Below, in pieces: positions 46,061 to 55,334 of a DNA stretch of 64,000 nt (positions are counted from its first letter, which is position 1; the number at the start of each line of letters is the position of its first letter). Source of the DNA: a virus; the IMG/VR virus record IMGVR_UViG_3300029787_005266, positions 1 through 64,000 of that record. One strand, given 5' to 3'. The position numbers were made by a program, and so were the translations under genes. A model generated the notes under the pieces. The model had not been told where the DNA came from and searched no databases. It was given only the letters and a program-made list of their open reading frames with translations.

Positions 46061-47409
46061 CAGATGCCAACAAGGCAAAACTAAAACTAGATAAGATTTC
46101 TGATTCTATGTGTCTGGCAAAATGGATGCAGACTTCTTTACACCTTACAAATGGCATGACAAACTCTTGCTATCATCCACCATTACACAAAATAGATGTA
46201 GAGCAAATCAAAACAAATCCTTCTAAATTACACAACACTGATGAAAAGAAACAGCAACGTGATCTAATGATAAATGGAAAAAGACCAGAAGGTTGTTCAT
46301 ACTGTTGGAAGTTAGAAGATGACAAACAGATGAGTGATCGACATTATAGGTCAGGAGAACCATGGGCAATGGATCATTATCAAAATATTTTAGATAATCC
46401 ACAAGCAGATATTGTGCCTACATATGTTGAGGTCGATTTCAGTAATGCATGTAACTTCAAATGTTCATATTGTTCGCCACAATTTTCAACTGCGTGGGCA
46501 AAAGAAACAGAAGAACATGGATCATGGCCAACATCAACACCACATAATGATCCAGCACATTTTAAAGGTGACAGAAAAGTTATGCCACAAAATGATAATC
46601 CATATGTTGAAGCATTTTGGAAATGGTGGCCAGAACTGTATCCACAATTACGTCATTTTAGAATGACAGGTGGTGAACCTATGATGGATAAAAATACATT
46701 TAGGGTGTTTGATTATGTAATAGAAAATCCAAAAAAAGATTTGCATTTAAACGTAACTTCTAATTTTTGTCCACCTACTCCTGCACTAGGTGACAGATAC
46801 TTTAACATGGTAAAAACAATGTGTGATGGAGCGATGATAGAACACTTCATGCAATTTGTATCTTTAGATGCTTGGGGAGAAAGAGCAGAGTATATAAGAA
46901 ACGGAATGGATTTTGGCACTGTATGGTCAAACGTACACAGATACTTGCATGATATTAAAGGTTACAATTCTATTACATTTATTATTACAATGAACAATCT
47001 TAGTGTGTCTAGTTTAAAAGAATTATTAGAAAACATTTTAAGATTAAGAGAACAATATTCTACAACATATCAACGGGTGTGGTTCGACACACCTATTTTA
47101 AGGTTTCCCATATGGCAACATATAGGATTGTTGGACGAATCCTTTAACCATTATTTCGAGGAGGCTATAGAGTTTATGGAGCAACACCGACATGACTCTA
47201 ACATGGCAGGGTTTAGAGATTTTGAAATTGCTAAACTTACTCGGACATACCGCATAATGCAACAAGGACTGGACAACAAGGAACAACACCTAGCAAACTT
47301 TTGGCGTTTCTTTCGAACTCATGACTCGAGACGTGAAACAGATTTGTTAGGTGTTTTTCCAGAATACAAAGATTGGTTTAAACAATGTCAACAAGCAACG
47401 AAGATTTAA
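46042..47409 (+). CDS. Radical SAM enzyme 1 with N-terminal Twitch/SPASM-like domain
   Basis: CNFKCSYC and TGGEP; N-terminal C.AKW...SCYH...CSYCW. Confidence 0.9.
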   Translation: MSSDYLTDANKAKLKLDKISDSMCLAKWMQTSLHLTNGMTNSCYHPPLHKIDVEQIKTNPSKLHNTDEKKQQRDLMINGKRPEGCSYCWKLEDDKQMSDRHYRSGEPWAMDHYQNILDNPQADIVPTYVEVDFSNACNFKCSYCSPQFSTAWAKETEEHGSWPTSTPHNDPAHFKGDRKVMPQNDNPYVEAFWKWWPELYPQLRHFRMTGGEPMMDKNTFRVFDYVIENPKKDLHLNVTSNFCPPTPALGDRYFNMVKTMCDGAMIEHFMQFVSLDAWGERAEYIRNGMDFGTVWSNVHRYLHDIKGYNSITFIITMNNLSVSSLKELLENILRLREQYSTTYQRVWFDTPILRFPIWQHIGLLDESFNHYFEEAIEFMEQHRHDSNMAGFRDFEIAKLTRTYRIMQQGLDNKEQHLANFWRFFRTHDSRRETDLLGVFPEYKDWFKQCQQATKI

Positions 47410-48731
47410 AATATAGAAGAGAGGTCCTAGACCCAAAATCTTCATCCTTCTGTGGAGCCAAATGGTATAATGCCACTATATGGTTAGGTTCTGGCATGAC
47501 CACAAGTTGCCATCATCCTTTGCCACACAAAATTGATTTAGAAGCAGTAAAAAATAATCCCAAAGCTCTGCATAACACACCCGAGAAAAAATTACAACGT
47601 GAGCAGATGCAGGCAGGTGAAAGACCTGCAGGTTGTGAATATTGTTGGAAAATAGAAGACCTAGGTGATAACAGTATATCTGACAGAGTATACAAATCAA
47701 ACATATATTCAAATGAAGATTTAGAGACAGCATTTAACACACCTTGTCAAAAAGATGTAGATTTACAAACATTAGAAATATCATTTGATAGGACTTGCAA
47801 TTTTGCTTGTTCTTATTGTAATCCTGCTTTTTCTACTACGTGGGTAAAAGATATCAAACAACACGGAGCATATGAAAAACTACAATCAGACGGCAGAAAT
47901 CATTTTACTCATGTACATGAATCATCACAACTGTATGGTTATCAAGAATACAATCCCTACATAGAAGCATTTTGGAAGTGGTGGGATTCAGACTTACATC
48001 GTACATTGAAAGAATTAAGAGTCACAGGTGGTGAACCTTTGATGAGTGCAGACATGTGGAAACTGTTTGATTGGTTCAAGGATAATCATGGCAAGTCAGA
48101 TACTAGGCTAGCAATTAATTCGAATCTGTGTCCTAAAGACAAATTAATGGATCAGTTGATTGAAAAGTCACACTATGTCAAAAACTTCGATGTCTATACT
48201 TCAGCTGAAGCAATGGGAACCAGAGCAGAGTATATTAGAGATGGCATGGACTTTGCATTATGGAAAAAGAATTGTCTGCGTCTTATAAATGAAGGCAGTT
48301 TGTCAGGATTGCATGTAATGATGACTGTGAATGCATTGTGTTTAGATTCATTGCCAGAAATGATTGATCTCTTAGTAAGTTGGAAACGCAAGTATGGTCC
48401 TGATTACCCGAATTTTACTCTCAATATATTACGTTTTCCGTCATTTCAGTCAGCAGTAGTATTGCCAACAAGTATCAAAAAAGAATGCATTGAGCAATTA
48501 ACAAAGCAAACACATGATTATTACAATGATTTGCATGGTATGGAACTTAATCAAATGCTGAGATTAATAGAATACCTTAAAGAAGTCGAAAGTCCTCATG
48601 AGGGAGCGGACAATGTGGATAAATTACAGAGTGACTTCAAGAACTTTTATTCACAGTATGATAAACGCAGAGGCAAAGACTTTGCAAATACATTTGGTAA
48701 CAAAATGGTAACATGGTATGAGCAGTTATAA
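47385..48731 (+). CDS. Radical SAM enzyme 2 with N-terminal Twitch/SPASM-like domain
   Basis: CNFACSYC and TGGEP; N-terminal CGAKW...SCHH...CEYCW. Confidence 0.9.
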   Translation: MSTSNEDLKYRREVLDPKSSSFCGAKWYNATIWLGSGMTTSCHHPLPHKIDLEAVKNNPKALHNTPEKKLQREQMQAGERPAGCEYCWKIEDLGDNSISDRVYKSNIYSNEDLETAFNTPCQKDVDLQTLEISFDRTCNFACSYCNPAFSTTWVKDIKQHGAYEKLQSDGRNHFTHVHESSQLYGYQEYNPYIEAFWKWWDSDLHRTLKELRVTGGEPLMSADMWKLFDWFKDNHGKSDTRLAINSNLCPKDKLMDQLIEKSHYVKNFDVYTSAEAMGTRAEYIRDGMDFALWKKNCLRLINEGSLSGLHVMMTVNALCLDSLPEMIDLLVSWKRKYGPDYPNFTLNILRFPSFQSAVVLPTSIKKECIEQLTKQTHDYYNDLHGMELNQMLRLIEYLKEVESPHEGADNVDKLQSDFKNFYSQYDKRRGKDFANTFGNKMVTWYEQL

Positions 48732-49998
48732 AGACAAAATGCCCACACAAGTGGATGCTGACAAACTGACAGATAAGCAAAAGTTTTTGTTGAACGATTC
48801 TAAATATTTTTGCACACTGCCTTGGACACATTTACACGCTTATCCGAATGGAGCCGCATATCCTTGTTGTCTTGCAAAACATGAATTTCCCATTGGGTCT
48901 ATGAAAGAAAACACTATGAAAGAATTATGGAATAGTGCAGACATGAAAGACATCAGGAAAAACATGTTGAATGAAAAACCATCCAAACAATGTACCAAGT
49001 GTTATGAGCAAGAAGAACATGGATGGACGTCAATGCGAGAATCGTCTAATATACGTTATGGGCACCACATTGACAAAGTTCCACTTACAAAAGATGATGG
49101 AACTTATGATGATGTGAACATGATATATTGGGATATACGTTTTTCCAATCTGTGCAATTTGTCATGCAGATCCTGTGGCACATGGTTTTCTTCAAACTGG
49201 TATGATGACCAAGTAGCATTGTGGGGAGATCCTGGACACCCGAAAGTTACATATGCTGGCACCACTAAAATGGATGCCTATGAACAACTTATTGAATATT
49301 TGCCAATGGTCGAACAGGTATATTTTGCAGGTGGTGAACCTCTTATTATGGAAGAACATTATAAAATTTTACAAGCTCTTATAGATACAGGCAAAGCTGA
49401 TAGTGTGCGGTTACTTTACAATACAAATTTAACCAGACTGTCGTACAAAAAAACAAATGTATTAGATATTTGGCCTGAATTTAAAGATGTGGCAGTAGGG
49501 GCATCTTTAGATGCTATGGGGCCGAGAGCAGAACTTATGCGTAATGGAACAAAATGGGCCGATGTAGAACGTAACAGAGAAGATATGTTGAAAAAATGTC
49601 CTGATGTTGATTTTTACATATCGCCAACTGTAGGCATTTTTAACTATTCACACATAATTGACTTTCATAATGATTGGGTGCAAAAAGGATTCATCAGAGA
49701 AGGTGATATAAATGTAAACATGATACAAGATCCATTACATTATAGAATAGATGTAATTACTCCAAAAATGAAAAAAGAAGTTGAACCAAAGTACAAAGAA
49801 CACATAGAAAAGATTAGGCCAAAAGATCATTTGAATCGAGCCACAGGTGGATTTGAATCTGCATTGAATATGATGATGGCCGATGATAGGAGTGATCTTA
49901 TACCTACTTTCAAAAGAATCACATCACAGTTGGATAGACATCGTGGACAGGAAACACATGAAATATTTCCTGAGTTGTCGGAGATACTAATTGACTAA
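48718..49998 (+). CDS. Radical SAM enzyme 3 with N-terminal Twitch/SPASM-like domain
   Basis: CNLSCRSC and AGGEP; N-terminal CTLPW...PCC...CTKC. Confidence 0.9.
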   Translation: MSSYKDKMPTQVDADKLTDKQKFLLNDSKYFCTLPWTHLHAYPNGAAYPCCLAKHEFPIGSMKENTMKELWNSADMKDIRKNMLNEKPSKQCTKCYEQEEHGWTSMRESSNIRYGHHIDKVPLTKDDGTYDDVNMIYWDIRFSNLCNLSCRSCGTWFSSNWYDDQVALWGDPGHPKVTYAGTTKMDAYEQLIEYLPMVEQVYFAGGEPLIMEEHYKILQALIDTGKADSVRLLYNTNLTRLSYKKTNVLDIWPEFKDVAVGASLDAMGPRAELMRNGTKWADVERNREDMLKKCPDVDFYISPTVGIFNYSHIIDFHNDWVQKGFIREGDINVNMIQDPLHYRIDVITPKMKKEVEPKYKEHIEKIRPKDHLNRATGGFESALNMMMADDRSDLIPTFKRITSQLDRHRGQETHEIFPELSEILID

Positions 49999-51151
49999 AA
50001 TTTGTACATTGCCTTGGATGCATTTAGAAACTACTCCGTTGGGCGAATATCGACCATGCTGTCTTGCAGAAGAATCAATCAAACGTTCAGATGGTACGCC
50101 ATACGACATATCAAAAGGTGACACTATCAAAGATGCATTCAATTCTGAATACATGGAGAATATGCGTGATGAATTTTTACAAGGTGGACAGCCTGAAACT
50201 TGTAGCAAGTGTTGGTCTTTAGAAGAAGCAGGTGGTACATCGAAAAGGATGATATCAAATGAAAAGTTTGGGATTAACACTGATGAAAAAGGTATTACAT
50301 TCTTAGATTTAAAACTAGGCAATATTTGTAATTTAAAGTGCAGAATCTGTGGAGGATTTTCATCGTCTAAATGGGCCGCCGAAGAAATAAAGCAGGGCAG
50401 TGAAAATGCTAAAAGCTGGCTCAAAGCAGGCATGTGGCCACGCAAAACTGATTCATTATGGAACGAAGTTGTTGATATGTTGCCGCAAATAGAACATTTT
50501 GAATTTACTGGCGGCGAACCTTTTATGATTCAAGAACATTTTGACCTGTTAGAAAAAAGTGTTGAACTAGGCTATGCTAAACAGCAAGAAATACATTATA
50601 ATACAAATGGCACACAGTTTCCAGAATATGCTATGAAACATATATGGCCACATTTTAAAGATGTAGAAATAGCATTTAGTATTGATGACATAAGAGCAAG
50701 ATTTGAATATCAGAGATATGGAGCCAAATGGGATCAAGTGAACGAAAATATACGCAAGTTCAATGAATTAAAATCCAACAGTAAAAATATTTCAACACAG
50801 ATTTGTTGCACAATTAACATCCAAAACATTTATAACTTAGACAATATGGCTGATTGGATAAAGCAACAAAACTTTGATTATGTGTTTTACAATTATCTAC
50901 ATGAAGCAAAAGAATGGAATGTGCAATATTTGCCTATTCATTTGAAGCAAGAAATTAAAAAGAAACTTGAAGCATATGATGGAGACTTATGGCATTATAA
51001 ACAGATACAAAATGCAATAAACTTTATGATGTCTGCAAATTTATATTCAGAAGAAATGGACCATAAACGCAAGATAAAAATAAAACTGAGTGATCAATTT
51101 AGAAACGAATCATTTGCAGAAACTTTTCCAGAATTAAAAGAGTTAGTATGA
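49991..51151 (+). CDS. Radical SAM enzyme 4 with N-terminal Twitch/SPASM-like domain
   Basis: CNLKCRIC and TGGEP; N-terminal CTLPW...PCC...CSKC; TTG start. Confidence 0.9.
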   Translation: MTKICTLPWMHLETTPLGEYRPCCLAEESIKRSDGTPYDISKGDTIKDAFNSEYMENMRDEFLQGGQPETCSKCWSLEEAGGTSKRMISNEKFGINTDEKGITFLDLKLGNICNLKCRICGGFSSSKWAAEEIKQGSENAKSWLKAGMWPRKTDSLWNEVVDMLPQIEHFEFTGGEPFMIQEHFDLLEKSVELGYAKQQEIHYNTNGTQFPEYAMKHIWPHFKDVEIAFSIDDIRARFEYQRYGAKWDQVNENIRKFNELKSNSKNISTQICCTINIQNIYNLDNMADWIKQQNFDYVFYNYLHEAKEWNVQYLPIHLKQEIKKKLEAYDGDLWHYKQIQNAINFMMSANLYSEEMDHKRKIKIKLSDQFRNESFAETFPELKELV

Positions 51152-52476
51152 GCAAAGATTGGAAAACACCAGAAGAAGGCAATTTAACATTTTGTATGGC
51201 TCCATGGACACATACATATTTGTCACCTACATCTGAAAGACGTCTGTGTTGTGCTTCTACTGAGCCTGCACAAAGTTTTGAACAATACATTGATACATCT
51301 GAAGGCACAAACGAATATAATCCGATGTCTTTACCAGCATGGTGGAACAGTGATCATATGAAGTCTGTAAGGCAAAGAATGCTTAAGGGCGAGATGTTGC
51401 CAGAGTGTCAAGTGTGCAATCACAACATATTACATACTAGTCCTTACAGAAAACATTTCAATCAACTGTTTGAAAATTTAATTAAAGAAGCATACCAAAA
51501 AACAAATTCAGATGGCAGTACAGATATGCCAGTTGTATCTTTTGATTATAGATTTTCAAACTTGTGTAATTTTATGTGTAGAATGTGCGGATCAAATCTG
51601 TCCTCTAGTTGGGAAACTGAAGAAAGAAAATACATTGAAAATTTTGACAAAGTTCGACCATGGGCAAGTAAAGAAGTAAAAAAAGCAACTGCAGAATTTG
51701 TCGCTAACATGGCAGAACCAGAATTTGAACATGCTATAAAAAATAAACAAATCCGTGAAGTGTATTGGGTAGGTGGAGAACCATTGATGTATCATCAACA
51801 TTGGAAGTTCATGAAAATGATTGTGGACACAGGACAAGCCGGTAATGTGTATGCAAGGTATAACACTAATTTAAGTAGGATAGTGTTCAAAAATTTAAAC
51901 CTGTTTGACGATGTACTTTCAAAATTTAGTGCATGGGAAGTGTGTGCAAGTATAGATGGCACAGGCCCTACAGGCGAATATATTAGATCAGGTTTAGATT
52001 GGGAGAAATGGTTAGACAATTGGAAACATGCACACAAGTTTCAAAACGGTCGGAATAAAATATTAAATTTAGACTTCACTATAACCACAGCAGGAATATG
52101 GGAAATAGAAAAAATGTTCGAACTAAGTTTAGAATATAATGTACCTATTATTGCAAAACAAACTTTCGCATTCAGTTCCGAAGTATTAATGAGTTGCAGA
52201 GCAATACCTAAACACATTTTACAAAGAATATTTTCTAACATTTTAGAAAGAATAGAGCCACGAGCAACAAAAAAACAAAAAGGTTTAGTGGATCAACTAA
52301 AACACATGATACAACAAGGACATTTTGTTGATGACTACCCTGATGATTATGAAGAAGGAATAAAAGACGGCAAAGAATTTATTTTACACATGGAAAGTAG
52401 AAGAAAAAATCCTGTCACAATGCGTGAAATAATGTGGAAAGACAAAGAACTAGGAGAATGGTATGACTCAATATAA
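51148..52476 (+). CDS. Radical SAM enzyme 5 with N-terminal Twitch/SPASM-like domain
   Basis: CNFMCRMC and VGGEP; N-terminal CMAPW...LCC...CQVC. Confidence 0.9.
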   Translation: MSKDWKTPEEGNLTFCMAPWTHTYLSPTSERRLCCASTEPAQSFEQYIDTSEGTNEYNPMSLPAWWNSDHMKSVRQRMLKGEMLPECQVCNHNILHTSPYRKHFNQLFENLIKEAYQKTNSDGSTDMPVVSFDYRFSNLCNFMCRMCGSNLSSSWETEERKYIENFDKVRPWASKEVKKATAEFVANMAEPEFEHAIKNKQIREVYWVGGEPLMYHQHWKFMKMIVDTGQAGNVYARYNTNLSRIVFKNLNLFDDVLSKFSAWEVCASIDGTGPTGEYIRSGLDWEKWLDNWKHAHKFQNGRNKILNLDFTITTAGIWEIEKMFELSLEYNVPIIAKQTFAFSSEVLMSCRAIPKHILQRIFSNILERIEPRATKKQKGLVDQLKHMIQQGHFVDDYPDDYEEGIKDGKEFILHMESRRKNPVTMREIMWKDKELGEWYDSI

Positions 52477-53143
52477 ACATATTGTTAGTGCAGGATGTTC
52501 TTTTATACATGGCAGTGAATTAGGTGATGAAGTTCCATATTCACAGTCCACCTATCCTGCTTTGATATCAAAACAATTAGACACCACTTATGAATGTCTT
52601 GCATATCCTTCAGCATCTAATCAAGGCATAGCAAAAAATATTCTACAGCATTCACCACAGCAACACACATTGTACATTGTTCAATGGACATATCCTTCTA
52701 GGTTTGGAGTGAATCTAAATTTTGAAATTAAAGACAAAAACAAAAGCAAAACTACATGGTTTGATCTTGCTCCAAACTCATGGGATTACAATCCAAAAGC
52801 ATTTCATGAATACACTGAATATTCAAAACAACTGATTGATATGGGAATACCGGAACTAAGTGAACAATATTACAAGTATACAGGCAACAATGATCAGTTC
52901 ATGTTCCAAACTGAACTCTGTGTGAAAGCAGTGCAACAGCATTGTAGACAACACGAAGCAGGATATCTTTTTTATACTGCAACCAGTGAATTGCTACAAT
53001 TGGAAGATATAAAAGGGTTTGATGGCAAAGGTTTTGTAGAATGGGCAACAGACAGCAAGTATCCACATGGTCCTTACAAACATCCTTTACACCAAGCACA
53101 TTCAGATGCCGCTTCGCTAGTAATGGTAAGATTAAAAGGATAA
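52463..53143 (+). CDS. SGNH/GDSL-like hydrolase or acyltransferase
   Basis: AGCSFIHG (block I Ser), ASNQGI, VQWT..SR and C-terminal HP...AH. Confidence 0.6.
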   Translation: MTQYKHIVSAGCSFIHGSELGDEVPYSQSTYPALISKQLDTTYECLAYPSASNQGIAKNILQHSPQQHTLYIVQWTYPSRFGVNLNFEIKDKNKSKTTWFDLAPNSWDYNPKAFHEYTEYSKQLIDMGIPELSEQYYKYTGNNDQFMFQTELCVKAVQQHCRQHEAGYLFYTATSELLQLEDIKGFDGKGFVEWATDSKYPHGPYKHPLHQAHSDAASLVMVRLKG

Positions 53144-53151
53144 TTACACAT

Positions 53152-53256
53152 ATGTTTAGATGGATCAAAAAATTGTACAACAATATTCTTCTTGAAATAC
53201 GGTACAGGAAAAAAATGAAAGAGCTGAAGAAGAAGGATCCTTTCATTTATCACTAA
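53152..53256 (+). CDS. 34-aa basic micropeptide ending KKKDPFIYH
   Basis: MFRWIKKLYNNILLEIRYRKKMKELKKKDPFIYH; fills the gap between operon genes. Confidence 0.6.
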   Translation: MFRWIKKLYNNILLEIRYRKKMKELKKKDPFIYH

Positions 53257-53259
53257 TCA

Positions 53260-54297
53260 ATGAAAAATACTTTTTGCCTATGGGAATACACTGGAGTAGA
53301 TTCTATCTACAACACTGGCAAACTTGTTAAAGACCTTACAACGTATATCAAAACACAAACATTACAAAACGAAGAAATAATTTTAGATATGTATCCGGAA
53401 GGTTATAGTCTACATCATAATGGAGTATGGAGTATTATTGAAGCAGTGTGTGAAGCATGTGATACACACCCAGCATCTTTGACATTAGTAATTGGGGATA
53501 TGACTGCCGATTATCCGTGTAACGTGATTATACATCAACCTAGATGGCTAATGGAAACTGCCGCTGAGTTTCCAAATTTTAAGCAAGATTTCGATAAAGT
53601 TGCAGAAAAAAAATTCTTGCACTTCATAGGTCGAGCCACGTGGGATAGGATAGGGGTCAACAAATATTTGAGAGAAAATTATGCTGATGATTCATGGGTA
53701 ACAATCGGTCCAACTAGAAACAGACAAAGAGTAATTGATGACACATTTCATGGTTTGACAAACAATCACTTTACTCCTGATCAAATTGTAGACATGATGA
53801 AATACACTTTAAATCCTCCAAAAAACTTTTTGGTGGAAACAGCACGTGAAGATTACACTACGTTTCCAGATAATATGCTACCTTTACAGCATATGTACAC
53901 CAATGCATTTGTTGAGATAGTACATGAAACAGACATACACGATAATAATTTTTTTATAACAGAAAAAACTATCAGGCCAATCTTGTTCAAAAAGCCATTT
54001 ATAACCATGTGCGGAAAACACTTCTGCAAGAATCTACGCACACTAGGTTTTAAAACCTTTGATGATTGGTTTGATGAACGATATGATGAAGTTAATGCTA
54101 GACAACGATACGATGCAGTTCTTAAAAGAATTATTAATATTGGAAAAATGAGCTACAAAGAGTTGTCAGAATGGAACCTAGAAATGCGTGACACTGTTGA
54201 ACATAATTTTCAGCATCTGCTTACAAAAGGTTGGCTAGAACATTTAGACAAATTCGATGTACAATTTTGGCACGATGGCAAGGGACAATTATTATGA
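53260..54297 (+). CDS. Glycosyltransferase-like protein (GT10/GT-B-like ITEK motif)
   Basis: EIVHET...FFITEKTIRPI..KKPF...LRTLGFKTF..W.DE.YD. Confidence 0.55.
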   Translation: MKNTFCLWEYTGVDSIYNTGKLVKDLTTYIKTQTLQNEEIILDMYPEGYSLHHNGVWSIIEAVCEACDTHPASLTLVIGDMTADYPCNVIIHQPRWLMETAAEFPNFKQDFDKVAEKKFLHFIGRATWDRIGVNKYLRENYADDSWVTIGPTRNRQRVIDDTFHGLTNNHFTPDQIVDMMKYTLNPPKNFLVETAREDYTTFPDNMLPLQHMYTNAFVEIVHETDIHDNNFFITEKTIRPILFKKPFITMCGKHFCKNLRTLGFKTFDDWFDERYDEVNARQRYDAVLKRIINIGKMSYKELSEWNLEMRDTVEHNFQHLLTKGWLEHLDKFDVQFWHDGKGQLL

Positions 54298-55334
54298 TAG
54301 TAGACTCAGTCACAGAGTGTTATGATCTTAATGCATCAGGGCATGTAAATTTGCACGAAACATTTCCATCTTTGAAAGATGACCTCCGTGCCTACTTTAT
54401 CAGATGCAATAAACAAGGAATTAATCCTATTATAGATTTCACCAATGAAGGGTATGGATTGTATGCCAATGGTGCGTGGCCAATCATTGAAAGTGTTGCC
54501 GAAGAATGTGGGATCAAAATGAATAGATTGACTTTGTACATATCTGATATGTTTGCATCATATCCTTGCAACACAATGCCTTTAGTGAATGATAAATGGT
54601 TACAAGTGTATACACCAGATTCTGAACCAGATGTGACCGACAGACTTTTTAAAAAATTTGGTCATTTTATAGGAAGAGCATCACCAGATAGGCTGGCTAT
54701 GCATGTGATGTTAGAAAAATATCAAAACGATATGTGGTACTCTATATGGAATGGCTGGGATTTTGATGACAATTTTTTTGCTAGATTAAAAAATTACATT
54801 CCATTCAAATTTGACAAAGGCAAACTGATAGGAAGAGCAAGAGAAGTAGCGGAACAATTACCTCAAAAAAATACATATGAAACTCCTAGTAAAGATGATT
54901 TTTATGAATGGCCTAGACAAGTTGCTCCATTACATTTTTATTACAAAAATATGTTTGTTGATATTGTAAGTGAAACAGATCTTGACACTTGCTTCACTAC
55001 AGAAAAAACTTTGAGACCTATTATTTTCAAAACACCATTTTTGTTAATGGCAGGCAAAGGCACACTGCAAAAATTAAAAGAGATTGGTTTTAAAACATTT
55101 AACAATTGGTGGTCAGAAGATTACGACAGGTATTCACACAGACAAAGATTGGAAAAAATATTAGACATTGTAGATTGGATTAGTGTACAATACAATGTAA
55201 AGGAATTAAAAGCAGAAATGAATAGCATTTTGGAATACAATTATAATCATTATGTGAATCAAACGTGGATTCCTATGGCAAAAGAGATGGGTATTCCGGA
55301 CAGTGCATTTGGAGACACAAGAACATGGGAGTAG
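54294..55334 (+). CDS. Glycosyltransferase-like protein, paralog of the previous gene
   Basis: DIVSET...FTTEKTLRPI..KTPF...LKEIGFKTF..WWSEDYD; ATGA coupling at 54294. Confidence 0.55.
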   Translation: MIVDSVTECYDLNASGHVNLHETFPSLKDDLRAYFIRCNKQGINPIIDFTNEGYGLYANGAWPIIESVAEECGIKMNRLTLYISDMFASYPCNTMPLVNDKWLQVYTPDSEPDVTDRLFKKFGHFIGRASPDRLAMHVMLEKYQNDMWYSIWNGWDFDDNFFARLKNYIPFKFDKGKLIGRAREVAEQLPQKNTYETPSKDDFYEWPRQVAPLHFYYKNMFVDIVSETDLDTCFTTEKTLRPIIFKTPFLLMAGKGTLQKLKEIGFKTFNNWWSEDYDRYSHRQRLEKILDIVDWISVQYNVKELKAEMNSILEYNYNHYVNQTWIPMAKEMGIPDSAFGDTRTWE

